A stretch of DNA of 64,000 nt from Candidatus Latescibacterota bacterium. GTDB taxonomy: Bacteria > Latescibacterota > UBA2968. The first letter of the stretch is position 1. Every line of letters starts with the position of its first letter. The translations under genes were made by a program, and so were the position numbers. The stretch is taken from the NCBI GenBank assembly GCA_965207885.1, contig OZ242311.1, positions 5,472,001 to 5,536,000 on the forward strand, given 5' to 3'. Positions 1 through 10,572 of the stretch are shown piece by piece. The notes below the pieces were generated by a model. The model was not told the origin of the DNA, made no database searches, and was given only the letters and a program-made list of their open reading frames with translations.

Positions 1-187
1 TCAACCCAACACCAATCGCCAGGCCGCAACCCGCCCCCATCAGGAGGTAGTCGTGTTCACTAGTAATGGCATAGCCAAAAGGAACGACAACAATGGCAAT
101 GCCGACCGCAACCCGTACAGCCTGCCAGATCACGCGGATCAGGCCCAACAGCGACAGGCGACCCTCTGGAAACTGGATAATAGGCAT
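1..187 (-). CDS. Partial hydrophobic membrane protein (runs off the window start)
   Basis: Manual translation from ATG at 187: MPIIQFPEGRLSLLGLIRVIWQAVRVAVGIAIVVVPFGYAITSEHDYLLMGAGCGLAIGVGL..., open to position 1; GGGAG SD upstream. Confidence 0.6.
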   Translation of the reverse strand, partial: MPIIQFPEGRLSLLGLIRVIWQAVRVAVGIAIVVVPFGYAITSEHDYLLMGAGCGLAIGVGL

Positions 188-228
188 TGCGAGACACTCC
201 CTTTAATTAGCGCGTGGCCAAAATAATC

Positions 229-1032
229 TCATCCTGCAATCACCTCTCGCAGGTGGGCAACCGCCAGTCGGATCACCTCTGTATCGTCGCACGCATTCAA
301 ATCCTTGCCTTCAAAAACCACCGAAACCGTGCCATTGAAGTCCACATCCTTCAGGATCTGAATAATCCGCGGATAATCCAGCCACGCCTCCTCCCCCGTA
401 TCGATCTTGTAAAACTTGGCCCGAACGTGGGACGTATATGGCGCCGTCTGTTCCATAAACGCATAGATATCCACCTCTGGATCCGGCACCCCATGGTTCC
501 GCGCGGGCGATCCGACCCACTGTCCGGTGTCCATAATAAGCGTAAAATTTTCTCGATCTGTCTGTTCCAGAATCCGCAGCACATCTTCCCCTGTAGAAGG
601 ATGGTTCTGTAGCCCTACGGCGATCCCCTTCTCTGCGGCATAATCGGCCGCATCCTGAAAACACCGAATCTCCCGCCTCTGCGCTTCGGCTTCTTCCAGC
701 GGGGCCCCACAAAACAGCCGAATCATGGGCGCACCTATAAACGCCGCCGTATCCACATCTGCTCTGACCTGAGCCAGTTTCTCAGCCAGATCCACATCGG
801 ACCCCACAAAATGCCCACCCGAAGCCAGATACCCGATTGACAGCCCGTATCGGAGACACCGCATCTTCACCTCGAGCAAGTACGCCGGTTGCTTCGACCG
901 GAATCCGCGCCCGCTGTGGAAATCGATCACATCCAGCTTCAGTTGGTACGCCAGTTGAATATAGCTCTCCACACTCTCCAGACGAGGCGGATCATCCTTC
1001 CCAAACATCGAAGCGTAAACACCTACTTTCAT
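229..1032 (-). CDS. Sugar phosphate isomerase/epimerase (xylose isomerase-like TIM barrel)
   Basis: IRLFCG, GLQNH, MDTGQW, HVRAK and VVFEG motifs typical of AP-endonuclease-2/IolE barrels. Confidence 0.8.
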   Translation of the reverse strand: MKVGVYASMFGKDDPPRLESVESYIQLAYQLKLDVIDFHSGRGFRSKQPAYLLEVKMRCLRYGLSIGYLASGGHFVGSDVDLAEKLAQVRADVDTAAFIGAPMIRLFCGAPLEEAEAQRREIRCFQDAADYAAEKGIAVGLQNHPSTGEDVLRILEQTDRENFTLIMDTGQWVGSPARNHGVPDPEVDIYAFMEQTAPYTSHVRAKFYKIDTGEEAWLDYPRIIQILKDVDFNGTVSVVFEGKDLNACDDTEVIRLAVAHLREVIAG

Positions 1033-1047
1033 AGCAAACCTCTCAAT

Positions 1048-1425
1048 TCAGGCGTGATCGGATTCGCGCCGAAACAATTGCAGGAGCACATCATTCGGCC
1101 CCTTAAAAAAGCTCAACCGGATATCGGTTCCCTCGGCGTCGAAAGGCTCCACGGCAATATCCACGCCCTTGTCCTCGAGTTCCCGGGCGCTGTCGTCAAC
1201 ACTATCGACCTTAAAGGATATGTGGTGAAAGCCCACTTCTGCGTCCATGGTCTTTTGGGGCATCAGCTCCAGAATGATATCTCCGGCCTGCAAAAAGACG
1301 AAATCCTCGTCATCCTCGTTGTGAAAGCGCTCAATTTCCACCAGGCCCAGAGTCCGGGTATAAAACCGCACGGCCCCTTCGATATCGTCGCTGACCAGGG
1401 CAATTTTATGGATATTGTCGATCAT
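1048..1425 (-). CDS. VOC (glyoxalase/methylmalonyl-CoA epimerase-like) family protein
   Basis: 125 aa; IHKIALV, LELM, FHHISFKV and FFKGPNDVLLQL motifs. Confidence 0.8.
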   Translation of the reverse strand: MIDNIHKIALVSDDIEGAVRFYTRTLGLVEIERFHNEDDEDFVFLQAGDIILELMPQKTMDAEVGFHHISFKVDSVDDSARELEDKGVDIAVEPFDAEGTDIRLSFFKGPNDVLLQLFRRESDHA

Positions 1426-1483
1426 GTCCTTCTCCTGTCGTTAGGATCGAAAAACCCTCAATCTTATTTTGGCTACTGCTACT

Positions 1484-2491
1484 TCAAACATTCCACACCC
1501 GCTCGAATAAATTCATCCAATTTCCGCCCAACAGCCTGGTGATATCCTCGGCGCTGTACCCGCGATTGACGAGTGCCTCAGCCAGATTGGGAAACTCCGC
1601 CGGACTGTCAATTCCCTTCGGTTGAAAGCTCAGTTCGGTGTATGGCACCGAGCCATCGGCAAAAGTCGAGGGAAACTTCGTACCCTGCTGCGAACCGATA
1701 TAATGCCAGAACTCGAGCGGCTGATCGTGCGTGGAATCCGTCCCAATAGCCACGTGATCAATGCCGATCCGCTCAACCATATCGTCGATAGCATCGACGA
1801 AATCCTCGACAGTCGAATCGAATCCTTTGGGAAGAAAATGGGCATAAGACGTGGCACCCACAACGCCCCCCTTTTCGGCGAGCAACTTGAGCGCATCCTC
1901 TTCCTTGTTCCGCGGATGACCGCAAAAACTGCGCGCATTGGCATGGGTAATGGCGACTGGCTGCTCGGACATCTCAATAGCATCCATCGTCGTTTTCGGA
2001 CCGACATGCGACAGGTCAATAACAATACCGAGCCGGTTCATTTCGCGCACCGCATCCACGCCAAAATTACTCAGACCGCCATCGGTTCGCTCCCAGCAAC
2101 CGCTACCCAGCAAATTGGTCTCGTGATAGGTCAGTTGAATCACCCGCACGCCGAGGGCGAGAAACAGCCCCAGGCGATCCAGCTCGTTTTCTATGGGCGA
2201 AGCATTCTGAAAACTGAGAATGATCCCAGTTTTGCCCTGCTCTTTGGCGGCATAAATATCGGCCGTCTCTTTCACCTGCAAAATATCATCGCGCTCGCGA
2301 AAGCGCCGCATCCACGCCGATAGATGCGCCATCGTCTGCAAAAAATTTTCCCACGTAGCCACCGTGGCATTGATCGCGGTAATATTGCCAGCTCGCAAAC
2401 GCCTGAACACCGCATCGCTCTCCCAGTTGCTAATGCTCAGGCCATCTATCACAATCGCCTCATCGTAGATCTTCCTCGCGTCCGTACTCAT
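1484..2491 (-). CDS. Membrane dipeptidase family (peptidase M19)
   Basis: IQLTY, MNRLGIVIDLSH, THAN, HPRN, DHVAIGTD and LLGGN motifs. Confidence 0.9.
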   Translation of the reverse strand: MSTDARKIYDEAIVIDGLSISNWESDAVFRRLRAGNITAINATVATWENFLQTMAHLSAWMRRFRERDDILQVKETADIYAAKEQGKTGIILSFQNASPIENELDRLGLFLALGVRVIQLTYHETNLLGSGCWERTDGGLSNFGVDAVREMNRLGIVIDLSHVGPKTTMDAIEMSEQPVAITHANARSFCGHPRNKEEDALKLLAEKGGVVGATSYAHFLPKGFDSTVEDFVDAIDDMVERIGIDHVAIGTDSTHDQPLEFWHYIGSQQGTKFPSTFADGSVPYTELSFQPKGIDSPAEFPNLAEALVNRGYSAEDITRLLGGNWMNLFERVWNV

Positions 2492-2506
2492 CAGCCTGTT
2501 CCTCCA

Positions 2507-3607
2507 TCAATAATCCGACACTGCCCCATCCCGGAGCCTCGCATTCGGCCACTCGAATGGACGCGCTGGACTCTTACCCACTTCAATTGCGCGCGCTTCA
2601 TTGACCTCAACCCCCAGCCCGGGTCCCTCGGGCAACGACACATAACCTTCGTCATCCATTTCCCAGGTCTTAATCGCCACATCTTCGGGAAGCACACCCG
2701 CGTACCCCTCGTGAATCAAAAACATCGGCACCGACGCCGCCACATGCAGACTCGCCGTCAAACCCAGATGGGACATCGTGCAATGCGGCGCAATGGGAAC
2801 AAAATGCGCTTCGGCGAGTGCAGCCACCTTCTTCATCTGGGTAATCCCCCCACCGTGACCGCAATCCGGCTGAAGCACATCAATCACCTGCGCCTCCAAA
2901 ATCTCCCGCACCTCCCAGATCGTTCGATCCCGCTCACCCGTCGCAAGGGGCACCGGCACCATCTCGCGGACCTTCTTCATATTCTCTATATTCCCCGGCA
3001 CCCACGCCTCTTCCAAAAACAGCAAATCATCGGACTTCAAATAGCCCGCAAACTGCCTGACCAGAGGCGGTGGCAAACAGCTATGTGCATCAAACATCAC
3101 GGCACCATCGTGCCCCACCTTCTCCCTCGCATCTTTAATCTTCTGAACAATTGCCTCAATCTCGGCAGGCGTACCCGCAAAATACTGGGCACCGCCCGGC
3201 CCCGTCTTAATCGCCTTTGGACTTGGATACATCCATATCTTGTCCCGACACGGACCGCCCAACAGGCGATACACCGGAACCCCGTGCAGCTTCCCACAGA
3301 TATCCCACAGCGCCATATCAATCGCGGAAATCGTGTGAACCATCAGACCGCCGTTGCGGATATTGCGATGTGCGCGGAACATCCGCTGCCAGAGGTGCTC
3401 CGTACGCGTGGGATTCTCTCCAATAATCAACTCGGAAAGCGACTCTGCAAGCGCGCAAGTCACCTTTGTATCCATATTATTGATCTCACCCCAGCCCGTA
3501 ATCCCGACATTCGTCTCGATCTTGACATACCCCTTCACCCCAATCGGTATCGCAGTCAAATCCGCAACGCGAATACGCGATGCTCTGTCTTCGTGATCAT
3601 TGCTCAT
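2507..3607 (-). CDS. Mandelate racemase/muconate lactonizing family, galactonate dehydratase-like
   Basis: SAIDMALWDICGK, FDAH, LEE, ATGER, QPD and APH enolase-superfamily motifs; start moved to ATG 3607 (GGAGG SD). Confidence 0.85.
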   Translation of the reverse strand: MSNDHEDRASRIRVADLTAIPIGVKGYVKIETNVGITGWGEINNMDTKVTCALAESLSELIIGENPTRTEHLWQRMFRAHRNIRNGGLMVHTISAIDMALWDICGKLHGVPVYRLLGGPCRDKIWMYPSPKAIKTGPGGAQYFAGTPAEIEAIVQKIKDAREKVGHDGAVMFDAHSCLPPPLVRQFAGYLKSDDLLFLEEAWVPGNIENMKKVREMVPVPLATGERDRTIWEVREILEAQVIDVLQPDCGHGGGITQMKKVAALAEAHFVPIAPHCTMSHLGLTASLHVAASVPMFLIHEGYAGVLPEDVAIKTWEMDDEGYVSLPEGPGLGVEVNEARAIEVGKSPARPFEWPNARLRDGAVSDY

Positions 3608-3764
3608 ACATACCTCCCGTAGAAGTGTAACGCGCATACTGTGGTCGAACAGCTTGACCAAACAGAGTGTAATTTAGCGTTTGAAAAAAAATATGGTATC
3701 TTTATTTTACCATGCCAACGACACGCGAGTAGAAAGCACCAAACTTTACCCGAGAAATAATAAA

Positions 3765-5588
3765 ATGACCTGTGCAACACTGTCAGTAAAAACGCGCCAA
3801 CAACCACCCGACTGGGCCGTGCGTCAGCGCCAACTAATAGCGATAATGGACCGCGCTGCCCACCCTTTTGTCGAACACAGCACCCGGTCGGACGGCACCC
3901 TGATCCAACGCACGGTATGGACGAGCATGGACGGCACGGACAACGGCTATGAGGCCTTCCTCTCCTTCCCCCTCTTCTATCTGCTGGGCGGTGGCGATCA
4001 CATCCACAGGATCGCCCGCAAAGAGTGGGACGCCATCACCTATCAATACGCCAACTACGGCACAGTGGATCGGGAATTCGTCACGGGCTTCGACTGGTTC
4101 CACCACTCCGAGAGCTATACCTACATATACTATCTGGCCATGGCCGACCCCAAAAACCACATTGACCGCACCCGCGCCCTGCGCTACGCCGCCATGTACA
4201 CTGGCGAGGATCCGCTGGCACCCAACTGGGATACCCAGCACTGCATGATCCGCTCGCCCCTCAACGGCAGCAAAGGACCGCGCTTTGTAACCACCCAGAC
4301 CGATTGGGACTACCACCGCCCCATTCTCTCCGGGTACCTCGCTCCGTATGAAGACATAGAAGGTGCTGACAGTTCTGACCCCCTCTTCAAGGTCGATTGG
4401 ACCGACGACCGGATCTTCACCCGGGTACTCGACCAGATCAATCAGCGCATGACCCGCGGCGACGTGCCCCTCAACCTGAGTGCCACCAGCCTGATTACCA
4501 ACGCGTACCTCTACACAGGCGAAGACAAGTACCGGCAGTGGGTACTGGATTATTTGCAAGCCTGGGAAGCTCGCTGCGCCGCCAATGATGGCATCATGCC
4601 CGACAATATCGGTCCCAACGGCATCATCGGCGAGTTGATGGACGGCAAGTGGTGGGGCGGGTACTACGGCTGGCGCTGGCCGCATGGCGCGCGCAATATT
4701 GTCGAGCCGTCCCTCGTGGCTGGCAGTTGCGCCCTGCTCATGACCGGCGACATGTCGCATCTGGACCTGGCCCGCTCACAACTCGATATGCTCTGGGAAA
4801 ACCGGCGCAAGGAGAACGGTCAGATCCAGGTACCAGCACGTCACGGCAACCGTGGCTGGTTCGACTTCCGCCCGCCCGATCCCTATTTGTACATCCACCT
4901 GTACTACCTGAGCCAGAGCGCCGAGGACCTGGCCCGTCTCGATGAGATCTTCCCGGGACGCAAAGGCTTTGCGGGTCTGCCACCCGACTGGGGCGCTGCC
5001 AAGGCTGGTATCTGCCCCCCAAAAGCCTGGTTCGCCTTTACCGAAGGCAAAAATCCTGCCTACCTCGACCAGGTCTTCGACTCGACCTATTCCAGCATCT
5101 GCCGCAGCCTGGAGCGTTTGGAAAGCGATGACAGCGACCCGGAAACGCGCGAATGCTACCACTTCCAGAAACTCAATCCAGTGCTACCCGAAGCCCTCAT
5201 CCAAATGGCCATGGGCACGCCTGCGGCCATATACAACGGCGGCATGCTACAGGCCCACCTGCGCTATTTTGACCCGCAACGCCACCGCCCGGGACTGCCC
5301 GAACACATCGCGGCTCTGGTTGACCGGGTCAGCGCCGACCAGGTCAGTGTATCGCTGGTAAATACCGATCCGGTGGAGAGCCGAGCCGTACTGCTCCAGG
5401 CCGGTTCCTTTGGCGAGCACTGCTTTACCCAGGCCCGCCTCGAAACCCGTGAAGACGCGGACCAGTCCGTCGAAGTGAACGGCAAATATCTCCAGGTACA
5501 TCTGGGTGCAGGTGCTCAGGCACGCCTGCACCTGGGACTGAAGCGCTTTGCCTTCCAGCCCTCCTATGCCCTCCCACCTTTTAAGTGA
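3765..5588 (+). CDS. Conserved hypothetical protein, aromatic-rich, possibly an alpha/alpha-toroid enzyme
   Basis: About 607 aa ORF with strong GC3 codon bias; no motif recognised with certainty; start taken at ATG 3765. Confidence 0.6.
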   Translation: MTCATLSVKTRQQPPDWAVRQRQLIAIMDRAAHPFVEHSTRSDGTLIQRTVWTSMDGTDNGYEAFLSFPLFYLLGGGDHIHRIARKEWDAITYQYANYGTVDREFVTGFDWFHHSESYTYIYYLAMADPKNHIDRTRALRYAAMYTGEDPLAPNWDTQHCMIRSPLNGSKGPRFVTTQTDWDYHRPILSGYLAPYEDIEGADSSDPLFKVDWTDDRIFTRVLDQINQRMTRGDVPLNLSATSLITNAYLYTGEDKYRQWVLDYLQAWEARCAANDGIMPDNIGPNGIIGELMDGKWWGGYYGWRWPHGARNIVEPSLVAGSCALLMTGDMSHLDLARSQLDMLWENRRKENGQIQVPARHGNRGWFDFRPPDPYLYIHLYYLSQSAEDLARLDEIFPGRKGFAGLPPDWGAAKAGICPPKAWFAFTEGKNPAYLDQVFDSTYSSICRSLERLESDDSDPETRECYHFQKLNPVLPEALIQMAMGTPAAIYNGGMLQAHLRYFDPQRHRPGLPEHIAALVDRVSADQVSVSLVNTDPVESRAVLLQAGSFGEHCFTQARLETREDADQSVEVNGKYLQVHLGAGAQARLHLGLKRFAFQPSYALPPFK

Positions 5589-5617
5589 TCTACAGCCTGT
5601 TTTTCTGAGATATTCAC

Positions 5618-6847
5618 ATGAGCCGATTATACTACAGCGAAGAGGGGCGGGTAATGCCATCTCTTTGCGAAGAATTAACGATTTTTCGGCGGGCGCACAA
5701 AACGCTCACACTGCCCGCGACAAACGCGCCGGGAACAGTTTATATACTCGCCCGACCCTATCCGGAAAACAACGCGCCCTTGCGGGTCTCAGTAAATGGT
5801 ACGGAAGTTGCCGCGCTAAAACCAATGCGACCCGGATCCTATTCATGGTATGAAATATCGGTATCAGAACTGAAAGAAGGCGAGAACACCTTTGAACTGT
5901 GGACCGACCACACGGCAATGGCAGGCTGGTCACTTGCAATGGAAGCGGGACATCCCGCGCCGGATAGCGCGGTAAGCGATGATGGCGGGCAGACCTGGCG
6001 CAGCGAGCGAATGGGATATTTGAACGCAGTTCTGGGTGAATACGTCATTCGGGTCAGATTGGCTGAAGGAGAAGATCTCCCACCGCCCCCTATGATATGG
6101 GAAAACGCGGATTCACCCAGATTTGAATCCCTGAGACAAATACTGCCTCCTGCTGCACGCGATGAAGGACCGCTAATCAAACGAGTACGCGCACTATCGG
6201 CCTGGCTGGCATCCAGTTGGGAACACACCAGTTCGGCAAGAGCAGAACAGTACGCGCCGTGGGATGCCGAAACCCTATTGGCCTGGGCTCCGGGACAGAT
6301 TGGACACAATGGAAAACGGCCAGTGGCAATGTGTGTACACTACGCAGCGGCATTTGTGAGTTGCGCGCAAGCTATCGGCATTCCAGCCCGATGTGCAGCA
6401 TTGACAGAAGCGGTGAACAGCTTCAATGGACATTTTGTAGCGGAAGTCTGGTTCGATCACCTACGCAAGTGGGTAGTGGTAGATCCGAATACGGACGCGC
6501 TATTTATAGAAAATGGGATACCGATGTCAATGGAAGAAATACAGGCCACGGGGAAAAATCTAAAAACACATATCGAATACGGGCGGGGTACAGAGTTCCA
6601 GCGCACCTTTCCTCACATCGTGGAATTTATGCGGGAAAATTTGGAAAAGGGAGTTTGTTTTCAGCACCGGAGCGTCTGGTTCAGAAGCGACCTACTGGAA
6701 CATCCCGAGTTTTCACCACCAGCGCACGGATCGCTGAGCTATTGTGAAACCGGCCTGGTGTGGGAACAGCGAGACAGGGAAACGGGATTCGGAATGTTTC
6801 CCCATTTTGGAAATGAGGACTATTTCAACGCAGCACCTATCAGGTAG
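5618..6847 (+). CDS. Transglutaminase-like domain protein
   Basis: Cys-His-Asp pattern: AMCVHYA, GHFVAEVW, WVVVDP. Confidence 0.75.
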   Translation: MSRLYYSEEGRVMPSLCEELTIFRRAHKTLTLPATNAPGTVYILARPYPENNAPLRVSVNGTEVAALKPMRPGSYSWYEISVSELKEGENTFELWTDHTAMAGWSLAMEAGHPAPDSAVSDDGGQTWRSERMGYLNAVLGEYVIRVRLAEGEDLPPPPMIWENADSPRFESLRQILPPAARDEGPLIKRVRALSAWLASSWEHTSSARAEQYAPWDAETLLAWAPGQIGHNGKRPVAMCVHYAAAFVSCAQAIGIPARCAALTEAVNSFNGHFVAEVWFDHLRKWVVVDPNTDALFIENGIPMSMEEIQATGKNLKTHIEYGRGTEFQRTFPHIVEFMRENLEKGVCFQHRSVWFRSDLLEHPEFSPPAHGSLSYCETGLVWEQRDRETGFGMFPHFGNEDYFNAAPIR

Positions 6848-7613
6848 AGCCCGGAGCGATCACATTGGGCCGACTGCCAACCGCCGGGGCACCCATAATC
6901 CGTCGTTGCTGTGGCGTGGGTTCGAAATAGTTCGCCGGGTCGTAGGACGCCTGATGGTTGGCCATGTGTCCCGGATTGAATTTGTAGAGAAAAGCACGCC
7001 GTTCGTGGGTACCGCGCCAACCCTTCGTTCCATGGGTCAAAGCCTCGGTAAAAATGACCGCATCGCCTGCATCCACCTCGGGTTGTACCACATAGGGCGG
7101 CACCCTCTTCAGCGTACGCACATCCTCTGGCAAATTCTGAGGAAAATTGCCCTTGTGGCTACCCGGAATACATACAAACCCACCATCTCCTGCCCTGGCT
7201 GGAGCCAGCATAAAAGTCACGACAGTTAGACCCGTCCGCACCTGCCCATCCAGATAGTGGAAGTACCGATGCGTACCCAGTTCCGGCAGACCGTGCAGAT
7301 TCCCGCTATCACTACCGGCATTCATGAACATGGCATAATCGTGGTCAATGCGGAATTTGGGACCGAGAAACTCCGCCAGAACCGGCACAATTCTCGAGTG
7401 ATCGATCAACCGCTGGCAGGCTGAATCCCAACGGGAGACATATCGGACATTGCGAATGCCGCGGCGCTCCTTGGAATCGTTGCCGTCCGAGTAATCCCTG
7501 GGATACACCCGATCCGAAACCTCGTTCAGCTCATCTACCTCCTCCTGCGTCAGCACGCCGCGGAGCACCAGATAGCCCTGCAAATCGAACAAGTATCTCT
7601 CTTCGTCAGTCAT
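6840..7613 (-). CDS. PhyH-family Fe(II)/2OG dioxygenase with an atypical proximal motif
   Basis: ERYLFDLQGYLVL, GGFVCIPGSH, GDAVIFTEALTHG, ERR; start ATG 7613. Confidence 0.85.
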   Translation of the reverse strand: MTDEERYLFDLQGYLVLRGVLTQEEVDELNEVSDRVYPRDYSDGNDSKERRGIRNVRYVSRWDSACQRLIDHSRIVPVLAEFLGPKFRIDHDYAMFMNAGSDSGNLHGLPELGTHRYFHYLDGQVRTGLTVVTFMLAPARAGDGGFVCIPGSHKGNFPQNLPEDVRTLKRVPPYVVQPEVDAGDAVIFTEALTHGTKGWRGTHERRAFLYKFNPGHMANHQASYDPANYFEPTPQQRRIMGAPAVGSRPNVIAPGST

Positions 7614-7623
7614 ACAATTCCCC

Positions 7624-8385
7624 TCATTTATACTTCGCCCGGTGTTCTGGCAAAGAACCATCGTCCTCTGGCTCGAACCCTATCAACTCCCGCGCATTGG
7701 ACAAATCCCACTTCTCCTCACCACCTCGAGACACCCCGTAGAAAATCTCAAACTTCAAATCTTCTACCTCAATACACCGCCAGGTCATCTGAGCGATATC
7801 CCGAGGACTAAACCAGCGGGACTGCCCCGGCTCATAATCCCGCCCCGGTTCATCCAGCCCATTGAAATTGGCAATCCGCAAACAGAACACCCGGATCCCG
7901 TACTGATCGGCGTAAAACCGTCCCAGAGCCTCTCCAAACGCCTTGCCAGCCCCGTAAATCCCATCCGGACGCACGGGTTTGTCCGGCATCGAACGAATGC
8001 CCTCCTTCTCGTTCATACCAGTCACATGATTCGTACTCGCATAGACCACCGTTGGCACCCGATTAATCCGCGCTGCCTCGTAGATATTGTACGTCCCCTT
8101 CATATCCACATCAAACGTCACCTGTGCCCTCTGTGCATTCGGCATCCCCTGCCAGGTTCTAAAAAGAGCCAAATGGGCAATTGCATCCACCCCGGCGGCG
8201 GCCTCCACCATAGCCTCAAAATTGGAAATATCCGAAACCACCACCTCGTCCTTCTCATCCACATCGTCCGGAATCTGAGAGTGAAACATCAACCGAAAAT
8301 CGTACCGGTGTCGCAGATGTTTTCGCAGCGCCGTCCCAATCTTGCCCGCTGCCCCTGTAATCAACAACTTCTTGCGTTCTGCCAT
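7624..8385 (-). CDS. NAD(P)-dependent epimerase/dehydrogenase, uronate dehydrogenase-like
   Basis: TGAAGKIG, YASTNHVTG and the YxxxK motif YGAGK. Confidence 0.8.
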   Translation of the reverse strand: MAERKKLLITGAAGKIGTALRKHLRHRYDFRLMFHSQIPDDVDEKDEVVVSDISNFEAMVEAAAGVDAIAHLALFRTWQGMPNAQRAQVTFDVDMKGTYNIYEAARINRVPTVVYASTNHVTGMNEKEGIRSMPDKPVRPDGIYGAGKAFGEALGRFYADQYGIRVFCLRIANFNGLDEPGRDYEPGQSRWFSPRDIAQMTWRCIEVEDLKFEIFYGVSRGGEEKWDLSNARELIGFEPEDDGSLPEHRAKYK

Positions 8386-8564
8386 ATCGAATAATCCTTT
8401 TCAAATTAGTATTAAAAACCAGTATCGCCCTCATCTCCTAAAGTCGTGACCCCAGAAAAATAAATCAAGCAGAAACCAAATCGGAAGCGATCATTTTTTG
8501 ATTGCCCTGGGGGTTACATCCGACTTTCTTGTTCCCGGAACTTCTTCCTCGAAAGGTGATCACC

Positions 8565-10556
8565 ATGAACATACAAAGACATCCCGACCACGCAAAAGTA
8601 CAGGCTCAATACGTGACCTACCTGCGGGAAAAACTCGCAGCACTCCCCGAACAGCGGATCAGCGACGCCTTCCCCCGCACCCGGGAAGAATGGGAAACTC
8701 ACACCGCCAAACTGCGCCCCATCCTCCGCGCAATCTTCGACTTCCCCGAAACCAGCAGCCCCCTCTGTCCCCGCACAGTCGGGAAAATCGAAAGAGACGA
8801 CTTCACCATCGAAAAAGTCATCTACGACGCCGAACCGGGATCCTCTGTACCCGCCCACCTCTTCCTGCCAAAAGGCGTAACCTTTCCGGTCCCGGCCCTC
8901 ATCTTTCCCAGCGGACACGGCGGAAGCAAAAGCGCGTTCTACAACCACTACGCGGGCCAGATCTACGCCAAAGCGGGCATCATCTGCCTGATCCCCGACC
9001 CTGTGGGCGAAGAAGAACGGGACGAAGAAAACCGCCCGGGAATACGCGGTCACCGTCTGGACTTTAGAATTGACCGGTGCTTTGAAGTGGGCCGCTCAGT
9101 CATCGGCAAAATGACCTACGACATCACCCGCGGCATCGACTACCTCTGTATCCGTCCCGAAGTAGATACCGATCAAATCGGCTGTGTGGGCCACTCGCTC
9201 GGCTGCACCATCACTATGAACGTCCTCTGCACGGACGACCGCCTGGCCCTCAGCCTGCCCGCCTCCTGGGTAACCCATTTTGACTACATCGTCGGCGACC
9301 TGAGCTGCGAATGGCGTCCCTATCGCCTCAAGCATTATGTTGATATGCCGGAACAAATCGCGATGGGTGCCCCCCGATGTGCCACACTCATCCTCGCCGG
9401 AGAATGGGACTATCCTCCCCATGCGTATCGTGGGCTACTGGAAACCTGTCGGCAAGTACAACGGGTCTATGACATTTGCGACGCTGCGGACCGGTTCGAC
9501 ATCCACATCACTCCGAAAGGTGGCCACCGGCCCTACTTCCTCAACAAACCCGCCTTCGCCTGGGTGGAAAAACACCTGGGCATGCCGAAATTCGACGCAG
9601 AAGCAGTACAAAAACTACCAGAAGTCTATCTGGGAGATTGGACAGACGCCCACGGAATCGATATCGAATCGGGCTATAAGAGCCACAAGCACTACGCAGG
9701 AACCGCAGTCGTCGATATAGATGTGGCACCAGTACCGACCGACGAACTCGCCTGCTTGCCGCCGAAAGGCTATGAAGCACCGGAGTTCGCGATGCGGGGC
9801 TGGATGGCATCCATCTTGAAAGGATTACCGCCCGAGTTGGAAATACCGCAGGAACTGGAAAATTGGAAACGCGAGCAGATAGCCCTCCGGGACACAGTGG
9901 CAAAAATCCTCGCAGTACCCGAAAACAGACCGCGCATCTCACCCGAAACCATCCGAACCTTCGAGGAAAATGAATTCACTGGAGAAGAAATTCGCTACGG
10001 CGCCCTCGGCCTCTCATCCTTTCTATTGACGCCAAAGCATGCATCAAAAAATACAGCCCTCTATCTCCACCAGAGCCGCACCAAACAGGGCGCCCTGCAA
10101 ACAGGTGAAGTGCGGCACCTGATAGCTTCTGGCACAACCGTCCTCGCCCTGGATTGTGTCGGCATGGACGACAGCGGCATGCTACTGGGAGAACCATCGA
10201 CAACGGCCAACGTACAGCACGTAATCGAAGCACTGGACCTCCTGAAACAGAGGGGTATTCATCAGGCAGCGTGCTATGGATACGTCGATGACATCGCCCT
10301 GTACGCGGCGATCCTGGACAACCGAATATCCGAAATTATCCTCGGTTCCAGAGGGGGAATTGAGCCACACCACCAGCAGCGCTACCGGCAGGAAGGCGTC
10401 GTACCCTACATCTCTCGACATATCGGGCGACCGGGACTCCTCTCACTCCTTGCCCCCCGGCCACTCACCGTAAAAATTGTAGAAAGAGAATTGGATCAGG
10501 CACAGAAAGTTTATAGCCTGTACGGCGCAGAAAACAGACTCAGAATTGTGGAATGA
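8565..10556 (+). CDS. Alpha/beta-hydrolase, acetylxylan esterase/dienelactone hydrolase-like, two domains
   Basis: GHSLG nucleophile elbow, RGIDYL..RPEVD, GGH; degenerate second domain; start ATG 8565. Confidence 0.75.
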   Translation: MNIQRHPDHAKVQAQYVTYLREKLAALPEQRISDAFPRTREEWETHTAKLRPILRAIFDFPETSSPLCPRTVGKIERDDFTIEKVIYDAEPGSSVPAHLFLPKGVTFPVPALIFPSGHGGSKSAFYNHYAGQIYAKAGIICLIPDPVGEEERDEENRPGIRGHRLDFRIDRCFEVGRSVIGKMTYDITRGIDYLCIRPEVDTDQIGCVGHSLGCTITMNVLCTDDRLALSLPASWVTHFDYIVGDLSCEWRPYRLKHYVDMPEQIAMGAPRCATLILAGEWDYPPHAYRGLLETCRQVQRVYDICDAADRFDIHITPKGGHRPYFLNKPAFAWVEKHLGMPKFDAEAVQKLPEVYLGDWTDAHGIDIESGYKSHKHYAGTAVVDIDVAPVPTDELACLPPKGYEAPEFAMRGWMASILKGLPPELEIPQELENWKREQIALRDTVAKILAVPENRPRISPETIRTFEENEFTGEEIRYGALGLSSFLLTPKHASKNTALYLHQSRTKQGALQTGEVRHLIASGTTVLALDCVGMDDSGMLLGEPSTTANVQHVIEALDLLKQRGIHQAACYGYVDDIALYAAILDNRISEIILGSRGGIEPHHQQRYRQEGVVPYISRHIGRPGLLSLLAPRPLTVKIVERELDQAQKVYSLYGAENRLRIVE

Positions 10557-10572
10557 GAATACACCCCTCATT

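Noticed and set aside
2324-3622. 432-aa plus-strand ORF, and similar long antisense ORFs such as 44801..45862, 53786..54712 and 47504..48640
   Set aside because: They shadow well-supported minus-strand genes; their His/Arg-rich, motif-free translations are typical antisense artefacts of codon bias.
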